Source of the DNA: an uncultured archaeon
Lineage (GTDB): Archaea; Asgardarchaeota; Thorarchaeia; Thorarchaeales; Thorarchaeaceae
Reading direction: 5' to 3'
Length of the DNA stretch: 53,870 bases
Assembly (NCBI GenBank): GCA_964558645.1
Contig: CAZLEV010000004.1
Coordinates: 53,472-107,341, forward strand
How positions within the stretch are numbered: position 1 is the stretch's first letter; each line of letters opens with the position of its first letter. This document shows, in pieces, positions 9,498 through 20,091 of the stretch. The notes below the pieces were generated by a model, which made no database searches, was not told the DNA's origin, and saw only the letters and a program-made list of their open reading frames with translations. The translations under genes and the position numbers were made by a program.

Positions 9498-11117
9498 TTG
9501 TCAGCCAGACCTGAGCAGGAGATGAGAGTCCGACTGTCACGGCGTCCTGCAGAGCATTGCGAAATTGTACTCAGGATGTCCGAAGAATGCTTATTGGACA
9601 GGGAAGCATCCGTACAAGTATCGGACCAATGCAACCCGCAGGTACACCTCAGCAATAGAAACCGGGGGGCGTCTTCTTTGAACAGCACTGATACACCTGA
9701 CCAGATAAACATCAACACCCTCTCCAAGACACTCATCGAGACCATGCCCGGAGGACTGGGCATCGACAACACAGAGGGGCGGCTTGTGTACGCCAACTCC
9801 GCCCTGTGTCAGATGCTTGGATACACTCTTGAGGAACTCATGGGTTTTCCCATCATCAACATTCTCTCCGAGTGGTCAGATGAGACCGTCTATGAGAAGA
9901 TACGCAAACGACAGAGGGGCGAAGTTGAGTACTATGATGCCCAGCTCATCCACCGGTCCGGTAGGCTCATCCCCGTTCAGGTCACGGCTGCTCCTTTGTT
10001 CGACTCTGCAGACAACTTCGTCGGGACCTTTGCAATCTTCCTGGACCAGACCGATCTTGCGTCCAGCAGACAGGTTGCCAGACGAAGCATGCAGATGTAC
10101 CTTCAGCTATTCCACCAGTCGAAGGATGCCATCATCATCCACGACCTCAAAGGCAGCATCATCGATGTCAATCAGCGAGCCATGGAACTGTGGGGCTATA
10201 GCAGAGCTGAATTCCTCAGAGTTGATGCCCGTAGTCTGATTCATCCCGAGTCACTTGAGAAGACTGTAGCAGAGTTGAAACAGCTGGCAGAAGATGGGCG
10301 TCTCGATACGAAGGCACAGCTGGTGCGGGCATCGGGAGAGGTCTTCCCGGCAGAAGTGTCTGCAACCGTCATCGAGACCGGCACCGAACCGGTTATACAG
10401 ACCATCGTGAGAGACCTCTCTCAAGAGAAGCATGCACAGAATATGCTGCGGGCGATGAGCGACCGCGCTCGGCTGTACCTCGACATCTTGGGGCACGACA
10501 TTTCAAATCAACTACAGGTTGCTGAGAGTGCTACGGAGCTCTTGGCTTTGTGCTGTACAGAGGAGTCTCAGAAGCAACTCCTGGAGGACCTGAAGCGGTC
10601 GCTCCACAAGATGACGCGCATCGTGGCAAAGACCAAGGCGACCGGACAGCTGATAGGCTCGACACTTACCAGAAAGGACTTGGTCGAAGCTGTGCAGAGA
10701 GCAGTTAAGCAAACAGCCTCTATCTATCCTGAACTCAATATCGACACTTCAATCCACATGAAAGAGGCTCCTGTGCGCGCCGACGATCTGCTTCAGTACC
10801 TCATATCGAGCCTGCTGGAGAATGCATATGAGCACAACCCCTCTGAGGACAGTAGAGCGTGGGTAACCGTCACGCCAAGCTCCACAGGGTATAATGTTCT
10901 GGTCGCAGACAATGGACCTGGCATCCCAGATGATATCAAGGAGGGGCTGCTCGAACCATCGCGACGGAGGGCGGGCTTGGGACTGCACATATCACGGCAT
11001 ATAGCTCAGAAGTACGGGGGTAGACTGCGTATCGAAGACCGTGTGCCCGGCGACCCGAAGAAGGGTGCGGAAGTCACAGTATGGCTTCCTGCAGCGGCCC
11101 ATGGAGTCCGAAAATGA
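9498..11117 (+). CDS. PAS-PAS sensor histidine kinase (true start probably further downstream)
   Basis: Two PAS/PAC repeats, H-box HDISNQL, N-box LLENA, G1 DNGPGI, G2 GLGL. Confidence 0.9.
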   Translation: MSARPEQEMRVRLSRRPAEHCEIVLRMSEECLLDREASVQVSDQCNPQVHLSNRNRGASSLNSTDTPDQININTLSKTLIETMPGGLGIDNTEGRLVYANSALCQMLGYTLEELMGFPIINILSEWSDETVYEKIRKRQRGEVEYYDAQLIHRSGRLIPVQVTAAPLFDSADNFVGTFAIFLDQTDLASSRQVARRSMQMYLQLFHQSKDAIIIHDLKGSIIDVNQRAMELWGYSRAEFLRVDARSLIHPESLEKTVAELKQLAEDGRLDTKAQLVRASGEVFPAEVSATVIETGTEPVIQTIVRDLSQEKHAQNMLRAMSDRARLYLDILGHDISNQLQVAESATELLALCCTEESQKQLLEDLKRSLHKMTRIVAKTKATGQLIGSTLTRKDLVEAVQRAVKQTASIYPELNIDTSIHMKEAPVRADDLLQYLISSLLENAYEHNPSEDSRAWVTVTPSSTGYNVLVADNGPGIPDDIKEGLLEPSRRRAGLGLHISRHIAQKYGGRLRIEDRVPGDPKKGAEVTVWLPAAAHGVRK

Positions 11118-11238
11118 GTGTATGCGAGGAGCTTACCGGCTTCGTATGCGGTCCAGAGAACCACCTGACATATGACGGCTGAAAGCAGAATAGATAGCTG
11201 AACATAGCCATTCCAACACATTATGGAGATACCATATC

Positions 11239-11502
11239 ATGGATGAGAAACTGCTCGCTCCCTGTGGACACTACTGCGGGTCGTGCGTGGTGTTCGTGAA
11301 CGGGAAATGCTTGGGTTGTGTAGAAGAAGGAAAGAAGAGAGCTGCCGAAGGTGCCGAGTTCTGTGAAGTCCACGAGTGCGCCACCGGGCGGAATATTGCC
11401 TGTCATGAGTGTTCCGCCATGCCCTGTGACAGATACGAAGACTCGATCTACACGAATAGCTTCATGGAATGGATTCGAGAACGCCTTCAAGAAGCCTCAT
11501 GA
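11239..11502 (+). CDS. Small Cys-rich DUF3795-like protein
   Basis: APCGHYCGSC...CLGC...C.V..C....I..C.EC...PC pattern, with a GGAG SD. Confidence 0.75.
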   Translation: MDEKLLAPCGHYCGSCVVFVNGKCLGCVEEGKKRAAEGAEFCEVHECATGRNIACHECSAMPCDRYEDSIYTNSFMEWIRERLQEAS

Positions 11503-12536
11503 GCTCTTCGTTCTAACGGAATGCTCAAGTCCGCTACGGATGTAAAGCCCTCGGGATGACCCCATTGTTCGTGACATCGGAACTCGATATCGAACGACGA
11601 AGGCTGCTTGTTCGTGGCTTGCCCGAATAACGCCTATCATGCTTCCTGATAAACCATTTCTGACACATTGAGGCACCTCAACCTGTCGGAAACTTCTGTG
11701 CTCCACCCCTCCCCTGCCAGCGTCACCGCCACCAGCAGTCCCAGAGGACGCTGAGGCAGCAGGGACTCTGTGCGTGCTCATCAGGATGGGATCCCTCCCA
11801 CGGTCCGGGCTTCCTCCTCCTGTGCGTGTCCTGAGGAATCATGCTCAGCCACAGTGAGGCTTTCCACAGTCTTTACCATGGCGGGTTCATGATCACCCTT
11901 GTTGGCTCCGTCACCGAAGTCGAGAAGGCTCGATTGAGCAGGGTGGGCAGTCGCGGACTCTCCGGGAGCTGATGCTGTCCCTTTGTTGGAGAGTACGGAC
12001 CTCCGTCGAGAGGTCTTAGACTTCCCTCAGGCTTTCAGTGACAATCTCGGTGCTGCTCATGCTGCACTGGCTCACTCACCTAGTCCAGTATGCTAGTCGT
12101 GACGGCGGGATGTGATCCCCTCTCGGCATGGTCTCTTCAGGGGAAGACAAGCAATAATCTGACACTCTACCTAGAAAAAGGGCATGTTTGCATTACTCCT
12201 GAGCCTCCTGGATCTTCTTGACGACCGCGTATTTACTATCTGAGTAGAAGCGTGCTGAATTAAGTGGCGCCTCGGGGTCTCAAGCCCCGAGGCAGGAAGA
12301 ATTGTTCGGAGTGTCTGTCAGCAATTTGTTTGTCCTCTGAGAGATAGAGAGAGCGTCTGATATGGTCACGCTGTCGTGCCCAGCCAAAAATGGAGAACTG
12401 AAACGTCCTTAATGTACTGCCGTCATGTGACGGCAGAAGTAAGAAACCGAGTATGCTGTTTTTGGACCTGAGGATTCCAGCAGTTTCCGGTCGTGAATAT
12501 CGACCTGTCTGACACGGAACATGGAGGATAGACGGT

Positions 12537-13274
12537 GTGACAACAAGCATCAATGACTACGGGTCATGTGAACGGATACTGAGGGGCATGAACTTCCTTG
12601 TGACTGCTGGACCGACCAGAGGGTGGGTCGACAGGATACGCTTTCTTACCACACCCTCGACAGGGAAAATGGGGCTGGCCGCAGCAGAGTGCGCTCGTGA
12701 TTTAGGGGCATCAGTGACACTCGTCATAGGACCGAATAATCTCCCAGCACCTGATAGTATCAATGTATATGAAGTAGAGACGCCAAATGAGATGAAGAGC
12801 ATGGTCATGAGGGTGTTGCGCCTGAAGAACATCCACGTACTGGTCGCTGCAGCCTCCGTGCTGGACTATGTTCCACTCGAAGTGGAGAACCGCAAGATTC
12901 CGTCAGGCAGCGCGAAACTCACGGTCACGTTCAAGCGAACGCAGAAGATAATCAACCATGCGAGGACGAGTCAGAGACACCTGTATATCGTTGCCTTCAA
13001 GACAGAATGGGGGCTGGAGGACGCTGAGCTTCATTCTTCAGCAAGAGAACTCGTAGACTGCGGAGTCGCCAATGTGGTGGTGGCCAACGATGCCGCCAGA
13101 AGAGGAGCCGGGTTTGGATGGGACACGAACCAAGTCATGATCGTGGGACCAGGTCACGCATCGGAGAGTCTCCCTCTCATGTCAAAAGAGGAGGTGTCAC
13201 GTCATCTGTTCATACGCATCGCAAGTGACATCAGGAAGTGGCAGCAAGAGTGTGAAGGTGATTCGCAGTCTTGA
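12537..13274 (+). CDS. Stand-alone CoaB-like (phosphopantothenoylcysteine synthetase/DFP domain) protein
   Basis: LVTAGPT..D.IR....STGKMG, AAASVLDY, AFKTE, VVAND, GFG.DTN. No CoaC flavoprotein domain. Confidence 0.8.
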   Translation: MTTSINDYGSCERILRGMNFLVTAGPTRGWVDRIRFLTTPSTGKMGLAAAECARDLGASVTLVIGPNNLPAPDSINVYEVETPNEMKSMVMRVLRLKNIHVLVAAASVLDYVPLEVENRKIPSGSAKLTVTFKRTQKIINHARTSQRHLYIVAFKTEWGLEDAELHSSARELVDCGVANVVVANDAARRGAGFGWDTNQVMIVGPGHASESLPLMSKEEVSRHLFIRIASDIRKWQQECEGDSQS

Positions 13275-14272
13275 AGAGAATGACAACTGAGGGGAGAGAC
13301 TTCAGCTGGGGGCGTATAGGCAGCAGACAGGAGTTCCAGGAGTTCATCCACGGACTTCAGCTCCGTCCACCGTTCATCGTGAAGCCGAACTGGATCTGCG
13401 AGGACCATGGGCATTTCACAGATCCAGTCGTACTCGAATGGTTGTTGGATGTTCTCTGTGCAGAGGGAGAGGTCGTTGTAACAGAGGCCTACTCGGCCAG
13501 GAACATGCTCGTCTGCGGGGCATTGAACACGGCCCGATTCAACGCACAACAGCTTGAGATGGTGAGAGAGTCCGAGCAGGGATTCCTAACACGAACAGGT
13601 ATTGGCGACGCTCTGCAAAGACTGGATGTCGAGTATGTGAACGTGACCGAAGAGGTCTTTGAGGATCGGGTTGTACGGCCCTCTATTGTCCGCAAGAGAG
13701 TCACAGACACCTACGGCGCCGTGTCCAGAGAAGAATTCTACAGCTTGGTTCCTGAGAGGCTCTACGGGCTCCGAGCGGGAACTTTCATCAATCTGGCCAA
13801 ATTCAAGGTCTTCTTCAGTATGTGTACAAAGAATGTCTTCGGCATGATTCCCGAGTATGTGGGATACGGTTCGAGGTATTCCTACCATGGGGAGAAGGAT
13901 ATGCACCTTGCAGAGAACATCGTGGATATCAACCGAGTATATCGGGCACTCTTCAACATGATCGGAATCATAGAAGGAGTCAGAACACTAAGCTGCGAAC
14001 CGGGGAGCGGGACTGCAACCTACTCTTCAAAGTTCGGTTATGATTACAGTGTCCTTGAGAACTGCGGTTTCGTCTACCATGGTGACGACCCACTCTGGCT
14101 CGACGCCTTCGTCCATCAGCAATGCGGCAGACCTCCCTCGGACACCGAACATCTCCAACATGCCCTGCGTTTCTTTGAGCCATGGCCCCAGAGGGTACTC
14201 TCCAGAGCACGAGAAGAGGGGAATCCACTCTCAAGAGGCCGAGAGCGTGGGAGCATATCACCAGACGAGTAG
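13271..14272 (+). CDS. DUF362-family protein
   Basis: IVKPN, TDPVV, INLAKFK, CTKNVFG pattern; overlaps the stop of the upstream gene. Confidence 0.7.
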   Translation: MKRMTTEGRDFSWGRIGSRQEFQEFIHGLQLRPPFIVKPNWICEDHGHFTDPVVLEWLLDVLCAEGEVVVTEAYSARNMLVCGALNTARFNAQQLEMVRESEQGFLTRTGIGDALQRLDVEYVNVTEEVFEDRVVRPSIVRKRVTDTYGAVSREEFYSLVPERLYGLRAGTFINLAKFKVFFSMCTKNVFGMIPEYVGYGSRYSYHGEKDMHLAENIVDINRVYRALFNMIGIIEGVRTLSCEPGSGTATYSSKFGYDYSVLENCGFVYHGDDPLWLDAFVHQQCGRPPSDTEHLQHALRFFEPWPQRVLSRAREEGNPLSRGRERGSISPDE

Positions 14273-14365
14273 ACAGGGTGGCGGTCTAAAGATACTTGTT
14301 GCCTTGTTTCCGCACTCGTCAGCTCAGGGGGGTCGTCGGCCCAAGCATGTCAGAGTTTCGATAGA

Positions 14366-15400
14366 TTATGCACAGCTCATACCAGAACTGACAGACTCCT
14401 TGGATGAGCGTCGAATCATCTGAATGGCCTCGCTCTTACAGCTCGTCACACACAGGCCACATCCATGGCAGAGATTGGCGGATACATGTGCGGTTCCGTT
14501 CTTGAAGATCATGGCACCAAAGGGGCAGCCATCAATGCATACCCCGCAGCTTCTGCACATATCTATATTCACAGACGCCACAAACCCGGACGGCTTAATG
14601 CAACCTTTCTTGTGGAATCTCAGAAGAGCTTGGAACTCATGACAGCAACAGGAACAACAGCTGCATATGGCATGTGCTCTCTGATGAGCGGTAAGTAGCG
14701 TCATGGTGACAAGCCCCTCTCGATTCCCTTCATTCATCACTTCAAGCGCATTCTCAACAGATATTGGTTCGGCCCTGCCCCTAGACAAGTAATAGACCGC
14801 CGCCTCATCGAGAAGAATACAGGTATTTACAGGAGCCGCGCACCGGTTGAATATCATCCGGCAGCTGCAGTCAGTGAGAGCAATTGTCTTCGCCTTTGAG
14901 AGTACTTGCATACGCATTTCTAGGCCCAAGACCTGTCTCTGGGCAGGTAGAGCTCGTTGTACAGGAATCACCTCAGACGAATGATCCAATATCCCCTGCT
15001 CTAATCTTGATGCGGTCCGCATGACATAGTTCCTGATGTAGTACTCTCTGAGCAGCTCAGAATCGCGGTCATCCAAGTCTTCCAACCATCCTTCCTTGAG
15101 CTGTGTTCCGACTATCTCTGGAAGAGGTCGCATCCGATAGCGGGTCTCATTGTTCGCTGTATGTCCTGTAATGAAGCCCGTTAGATACAGCTTGCCGATT
15201 TGGCGACGAGCCCAACCGATATCCGGCTCTGCCAAAGAATACCCCACTTCCTCGACAGTGAGGGCTCTCTCAGCAATCATGGCGAGTACCTGAAGTTGCT
15301 CCGATGAGAGCATTTGTCTAACGACACGCCGTAGTACAGCCGAAATGCCCACTGGTTCGAGGTGAGACTCAGATGGTTCCCACTGAGGCAGCCCAGTCAT
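14366..15400 (-). CDS. 4Fe-4S ferredoxin-domain protein with N-terminal HTH-like region
   Basis: CSCR, CSCCSCCC, and CxxCxxCxxxCP / CxxCxxCxxxC dicluster motifs. Confidence 0.8.
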   Translation of the reverse strand: MTGLPQWEPSESHLEPVGISAVLRRVVRQMLSSEQLQVLAMIAERALTVEEVGYSLAEPDIGWARRQIGKLYLTGFITGHTANNETRYRMRPLPEIVGTQLKEGWLEDLDDRDSELLREYYIRNYVMRTASRLEQGILDHSSEVIPVQRALPAQRQVLGLEMRMQVLSKAKTIALTDCSCRMIFNRCAAPVNTCILLDEAAVYYLSRGRAEPISVENALEVMNEGNREGLVTMTLLTAHQRAHAICSCCSCCCHEFQALLRFHKKGCIKPSGFVASVNIDMCRSCGVCIDGCPFGAMIFKNGTAHVSANLCHGCGLCVTSCKSEAIQMIRRSSKESVSSGMSCA

Positions 15401-15817
15401 GAAGTATCAGCCCCCAAACAATCACATTCTCAGGCTTAAGTGTCGCCAGTACACAAGCGCCTGTGCTCTCTTCACTTCGAGATCGGCCATGCGGCTATGA
15501 ACGAACCGGTGGAAATCAGGATAGTCACCCGGATGATTCAGGGATGTGCATACATGGTCTGGAGGGCTAGATTTCCGTTTGACTGCTGCAACTGATTCGT
15601 ACAGAACGCCACGTTTGTTGATTGCTCGTGTCATGCTTTGTCATCATGGCCGGTCCCACTCAGAGTTGTAGTAAGCTTTGTACCGTCATATGACAGAAAC
15701 AACTGTGCGAGAGGACGACCTCTGAGCGAGATAGGGGGCACTGTGACCCTGCAGTCCGGGAGCCTCGTCTGTCCCAGACGAGGGAAATCTGATCAGCGCC
15801 TAGAGCGACCCTTCAAC

Positions 15818-16564
15818 TCATACCTCCAGGCGAGGAAAGGACTCGATAACACGGCTCAGGTTGATCTCTTCCCGTTTCGACTCAGGAGCCTTCCTGAAGA
15901 GCTCCAGATATGGCACCAATGCTGCGATAATCTTGTTCTCTGCCTTCCGGAGATGCTCCTGAAACGTTGTCCGTACAAGGTCAGTCCTATCGGCGATGGT
16001 CTGAACATCTGCTCTTCGAGGCATCTGATAATAACCATTGGTATATGCTGTGAGCAATGCCTCTATCTGTTTGTCTGTGAGTTCTGAGAAGAGAGCATCA
16101 GCAGTGAGAGTCAACGAGCTCGCGATGAATCCGTCGAACGGCACTTTCCTGAGAATCTGATATTCGATGTCGTGTTGACCTATGAGTCGCGTCATCTCAG
16201 TGAGGTCGCTCTGCTTGAATGCCACAAGCCGATAGTGTTCCCATCCCCCCATATAGACAACCGGGCTGATATGAAGCAAGCTGCAGGAATCGAATAATAT
16301 AGTGACGGAGTTCTCTGCGGTGCACTGGCACTCCTTGATGATCGCGTGTATGTGCCCCCCATCAGAGAACTGCTCAACAGTCACACCAAGCGATGCTGCA
16401 GCCTCTAGGAGGTCTTCGGTTTCTCCGTTACCCTGCGTCACGAACTCCATGACCTCGTGCTCTCTGTTGCACCAGAGAAACATCTTCACATGGGGGAAGT
16501 CCCGTGAGAGATTGGAGAAGGGACAGTCATGAGTCAGTCGCAGCAAAATCTCAAACATCGTCAT
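15818..16564 (-). CDS. Bacterio-opsin activator (HTH_10)-type transcription regulator
   Basis: LTDKQ.EAL..AY..GYY..PR...IA......TF.EHLRKAE.K C-terminal motif, with N-terminal HDCP. Confidence 0.85.
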   Translation of the reverse strand: MTMFEILLRLTHDCPFSNLSRDFPHVKMFLWCNREHEVMEFVTQGNGETEDLLEAAASLGVTVEQFSDGGHIHAIIKECQCTAENSVTILFDSCSLLHISPVVYMGGWEHYRLVAFKQSDLTEMTRLIGQHDIEYQILRKVPFDGFIASSLTLTADALFSELTDKQIEALLTAYTNGYYQMPRRADVQTIADRTDLVRTTFQEHLRKAENKIIAALVPYLELFRKAPESKREEINLSRVIESFPRLEV

Positions 16565-16740
16565 ATGACAGCCCTCGCACTCGACGCATATATGTCCTGA
16601 CCAGTCACGTGACGGTAGAAGATTTGAGATGATACAAATGTCATCCTAGACTGAAGATGTGGTTACGGTTCATGACTGGCCAAATCAATTTGACCATATG
16701 CTTTTCAATAGAACGTAGATTTCATCAGTGAAAGAGGAGT

Positions 16741-17556
16741 GTGGATGAGATGGCCAATGAGCATACTATCCGGCAGATGGAACTCGGCGATTGGGATGCA
16801 TTCAGCCAATTGGACAAGGAGATATTTCCAGATGATATGATGAGAGAGGAGTGGTTCAGACTCGCTTTGGAGCGGGAGGCGGTCTTCGCCTTGGATATCA
16901 ACGGAGTGCTTGCGGGCTTACTCATATTGTCTCAGTTTGGAAGTCGTGACGGAATTCTCAGACGCATAGGAGTAGCCGGAGTCCACCAGGGCGAGGGCTA
17001 TGGTAAGCTGCTCATGCGATACGCAATCGAGTGGTTTCACGACAAAGACTTCGAGAGAGCACATCTCTATACGCAGGACTTCAATCTGACTGCCCAGAAT
17101 CTATACAAGCAATTTGGCTTCAGAGTGAGCGGAATGTCTTGGCAATACTTCGTTCCCTTCAAGTCATTGAACCCCTCTGGTAAGTATACCTGTCAGGAGA
17201 TCTCTGAAAGCGAAATACGAGATGTTGGCGAGAAATATGGAGAAACCCTCCCTGAGGAACAGCTCAGAAGATTCCTGTCTTCTGACCAGTCATATGTCAT
17301 GAGTCTGAAGAATCATTCAGGTGAACTCAAAGGCGTATGCAGGTTCATCCCCGAATTACCCGGATGTTATCCATTTCTAATCGAGCGTACTGCCTGCTTT
17401 GATGATTTCTTATCAGGAATTCGCCATCTTGGCCGACCCGAGTTCGACTATGTGCGGGTCACTTTCAGTGACTTCCCTCGTTTGGCGAATCTCTGTAGAG
17501 AACGGGGCTACAAGCTGCATCATCGGCTATTCAAGATGACTCTTGAGTTGAGATAG
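16741..17556 (+). CDS. GNAT-family N-acetyltransferase with a C-terminal extension
   Basis: IGV...HQGEGYGKLLM acetyl-CoA motif and N..AQNLYKQFGF. Confidence 0.82.
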   Translation: MDEMANEHTIRQMELGDWDAFSQLDKEIFPDDMMREEWFRLALEREAVFALDINGVLAGLLILSQFGSRDGILRRIGVAGVHQGEGYGKLLMRYAIEWFHDKDFERAHLYTQDFNLTAQNLYKQFGFRVSGMSWQYFVPFKSLNPSGKYTCQEISESEIRDVGEKYGETLPEEQLRRFLSSDQSYVMSLKNHSGELKGVCRFIPELPGCYPFLIERTACFDDFLSGIRHLGRPEFDYVRVTFSDFPRLANLCRERGYKLHHRLFKMTLELR

Positions 17557-17700
17557 GCAATCAGGAGATTCAGCAGCAATCCGAACGGTCACCCGTGCCG
17601 AACCCCGAGCAGATGAAACGAGTCTCTTTCAGAGTCATTATGCTTTTATCCGAGTGGTCTGAGTACAGCTGGGTGACATGCACTGGAGGCATTTGACGTT

Positions 17701-18672
17701 GTGCTAGCCAGCGGTGCCGAGCACTTGAGAGAGCGTTTCGAGTCGCTCGGTTTTCGGGTATTCTCGTCTTCGCTGAATCATGATGGAAAGCGGTTCTTTC
17801 CGAACTCGGACATATATGTTCGGATAGCCGATGTTGAAGCGCTGTCACGTAGACGAGTAGTGGTAATCCAGAGCTGTACAGGATCATCACCGGCAGAAGA
17901 TGAGTACTGGACGACATCTGACAGAGTTCAGGAGCTGATTCTGCTCATTCAAATGCTACGGAATCCCACAACAGTGGATAAGACCGGACCAAAACAGTAT
18001 GATGCAATCAGGATAGAACCCCCAAGCTGTATTGAAGTCGTACTCACATTTCAGCCCTTTGCTCTGCAGGACAAGTCATTCAAGACCGGAGAGGCTGCCT
18101 CCTGCTCCTCTGCAACGAAACAGATTGCAGAACTCAGCGACGTGACATGGGTCGTTGCCCCAGTTGTGGACAGGCATTACCCATGGGTTCAGAATTTGAT
18201 GTGCAATGGCACCTACAGGGAGATCGACATCACTGAAGAGATTCTCGCGTACGCTGCAGAGAGGTACGGCTTCGATGAGTATACTGTTGTAGCTCCTGAT
18301 GAAGGAGCTCAAAGGCGCTTTGGAGTTTGTGGCCTCGAGAAGAACCGACTCGACTCATACAGTTTTGAGATGTCCGGAGAAATTGATGTGGCTGACAAAG
18401 ACGTGATATTGGTCGACGATATCACCAAGAGTGGCAGCACGCTCCTAAGGGCAGAAGAGATTCTGAAGTCGCTTGGCGCGAGAAAGGTGGGATTTGCAGT
18501 TCTCCATATCATGCCCATACGGGAAGGAGGAGAGCAGCTGCTAGAAGAACTGATAGAGAAGAGTAAAGGACGCATCATCACTTCCAACAGCACCTACACC
18601 CGAACATTCTGTAAGAGGCATCCCAGTCTCGTGTATAATCTCGTTGATGCAGTGGTCAGCGCGTTGGTATGA
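17701..18672 (+). CDS. Divergent ribose-phosphate pyrophosphokinase (PRPP synthetase)-like protein
   Basis: FPNSDIYVRI, VIQS, QDK.FK.GE, APDEGA, VILVDDITKSGSTL. Possible in-frame CTG start at 17683. Confidence 0.75.
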   Translation: MLASGAEHLRERFESLGFRVFSSSLNHDGKRFFPNSDIYVRIADVEALSRRRVVVIQSCTGSSPAEDEYWTTSDRVQELILLIQMLRNPTTVDKTGPKQYDAIRIEPPSCIEVVLTFQPFALQDKSFKTGEAASCSSATKQIAELSDVTWVVAPVVDRHYPWVQNLMCNGTYREIDITEEILAYAAERYGFDEYTVVAPDEGAQRRFGVCGLEKNRLDSYSFEMSGEIDVADKDVILVDDITKSGSTLLRAEEILKSLGARKVGFAVLHIMPIREGGEQLLEELIEKSKGRIITSNSTYTRTFCKRHPSLVYNLVDAVVSALV

Positions 18673-18734
18673 AACTCGCCCGTCATAAGTACGGGAATGA
18701 TAAGTCACTCAACGCGCTCTCAGGCCATTGCAAA

Positions 18735-19130
18735 CTAGGGCGGATTGGAGTTGGAATCGCCTGCCTGGCAGTCCTTTCTCATCTCTGCCAGCAACTGGAG
18801 CGCCTGTGTATACTTCTCAGACTTCTGCGACCAAGTTGACAGGTAGTCACAGACAAAATCATGACACTGCGAGCAATTGCCCAGGCCATGTTGGTCAACA
18901 CAGCATTTCAGTATGTGGCAGTCTGGGCTCCAGTGAATCTCGCGATTGCCGGGACAGCCCCGGCAGTACATGTTTTTCTCGACAGCCTCTTTGACTCCCT
19001 CGTCAGGTTCGATCCAACCATTGCTCTTGTACCATTTGATCACTCTCTCAGCAGCGGATGGGTCGGAAGGGAAGAGCCGTATATCGCATTTCGCACAGTC
19101 GATACCACAAGGTGCAATCATAGAACTCAA
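18735..19130 (-). CDS. DUF3795-like Cys-rich protein
   Basis: IAPCGIDCAKC...CRGC...HWSPDC.I.KCC......NCSQC..FVC. Confidence 0.8.
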   Translation of the reverse strand: MSSMIAPCGIDCAKCDIRLFPSDPSAAERVIKWYKSNGWIEPDEGVKEAVEKNMYCRGCPGNREIHWSPDCHILKCCVDQHGLGNCSQCHDFVCDYLSTWSQKSEKYTQALQLLAEMRKDCQAGDSNSNPP

Positions 19131-19272
19131 CTCATATCACATCCATATGATATCGGCACGCTTGAGTTGTTGCCCGCATCTCTGTCTCTACAGACGAGTC
19201 ATTTCCAGTATGCTCATCTCGGATGGCAGGATGAATTCGTCCCACCAGCTGTTTCTTATCAATGTTCATCTC

Positions 19273-20091
19273 TCAATTACCTCTTTCGATTCGGTACTTC
19301 TCCAAGGGCTCAAGTAACTCCTCAAGGCTATCCAGTGTGATATCCGGCGTTATCAGTCGCTTGTATGATTCGTTGATGCACGTTGTTGTGGGGCGATCTA
19401 TGAGTATCGATAGAATGCCCGCCGCATGTGCCCCAGCAATGTCAGTCTCAAGCAGGTTACCGACCATCACTGTATTCTCGGGAGAGAACGGCGTCTTCCC
19501 GACCAAACGATGGAATGATTCCGGTGATGGCTTACAGGCTGTTTCGGCTCGCACACCAGTAGAGAACTCGATGGCTGCGGCCAGAGCCCGTGGGCCGAGA
19601 GTGATATCCTCTGAACCTAAATACATGGTCGTACACAGAGGACGAGGATCTATGTAGAGAAGTCGCGCACCATCCTTTACAAGCTGAGCAGCGTAGGCCA
19701 GTTCCCGCAAGGTCAGCCCCCGGTCCACACCGATGACCACGAAGTCCACAGGAGGGTTGACTACGACCTCTACCCCATGAGAGCCGAGGTCCTCGTACAG
19801 CGAGGCTTCTCCGATGGCAAAACACCGTGCCCCGTTCTTTTCAGAGCTGATGTACTCCGCAGTCATCGATGAACCAGTGAAGACGTAGTCCTGAGTTATC
19901 TCGAATCCCGCCCCCTTCATCACCTCAGCGACCTCCGGAACCGACATGAGACAGATGTTTGTATATAGAGCGGTCTTCTTTCCGCATGCCCGGAGGACTC
20001 TGTAGAGCTTTAGAGCGTCGCTGAATGCTTCGGGAGTGTCTATCGACTTGAGAAGCGTACCTCCTATATCGAAGATCCAGAACTCTCTCAT
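19273..20091 (-). CDS. HAD-IIA (NagD-like) hydrolase with altered catalytic motifs
   Basis: FDIGGTL, YTN, DFVVIGVD, CKPS, MVGNLLETDIAGA. Start trimmed to MREF at 20091. Confidence 0.78.
   Translation of the reverse strand: MREFWIFDIGGTLLKSIDTPEAFSDALKLYRVLRACGKKTALYTNICLMSVPEVAEVMKGAGFEITQDYVFTGSSMTAEYISSEKNGARCFAIGEASLYEDLGSHGVEVVVNPPVDFVVIGVDRGLTLRELAYAAQLVKDGARLLYIDPRPLCTTMYLGSEDITLGPRALAAAIEFSTGVRAETACKPSPESFHRLVGKTPFSPENTVMVGNLLETDIAGAHAAGILSILIDRPTTTCINESYKRLITPDITLDSLEELLEPLEKYRIERGN

Noticed and set aside
11640-11822. GAGGAAGCCCGG and GCACAGAA on the - strand, resembling RNase P RNA conserved regions
   Set aside because: No matching CR-IV/CR-V or P4 partner was found, and the region reads better as a decayed coding sequence. 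An Infernal search would settle it.
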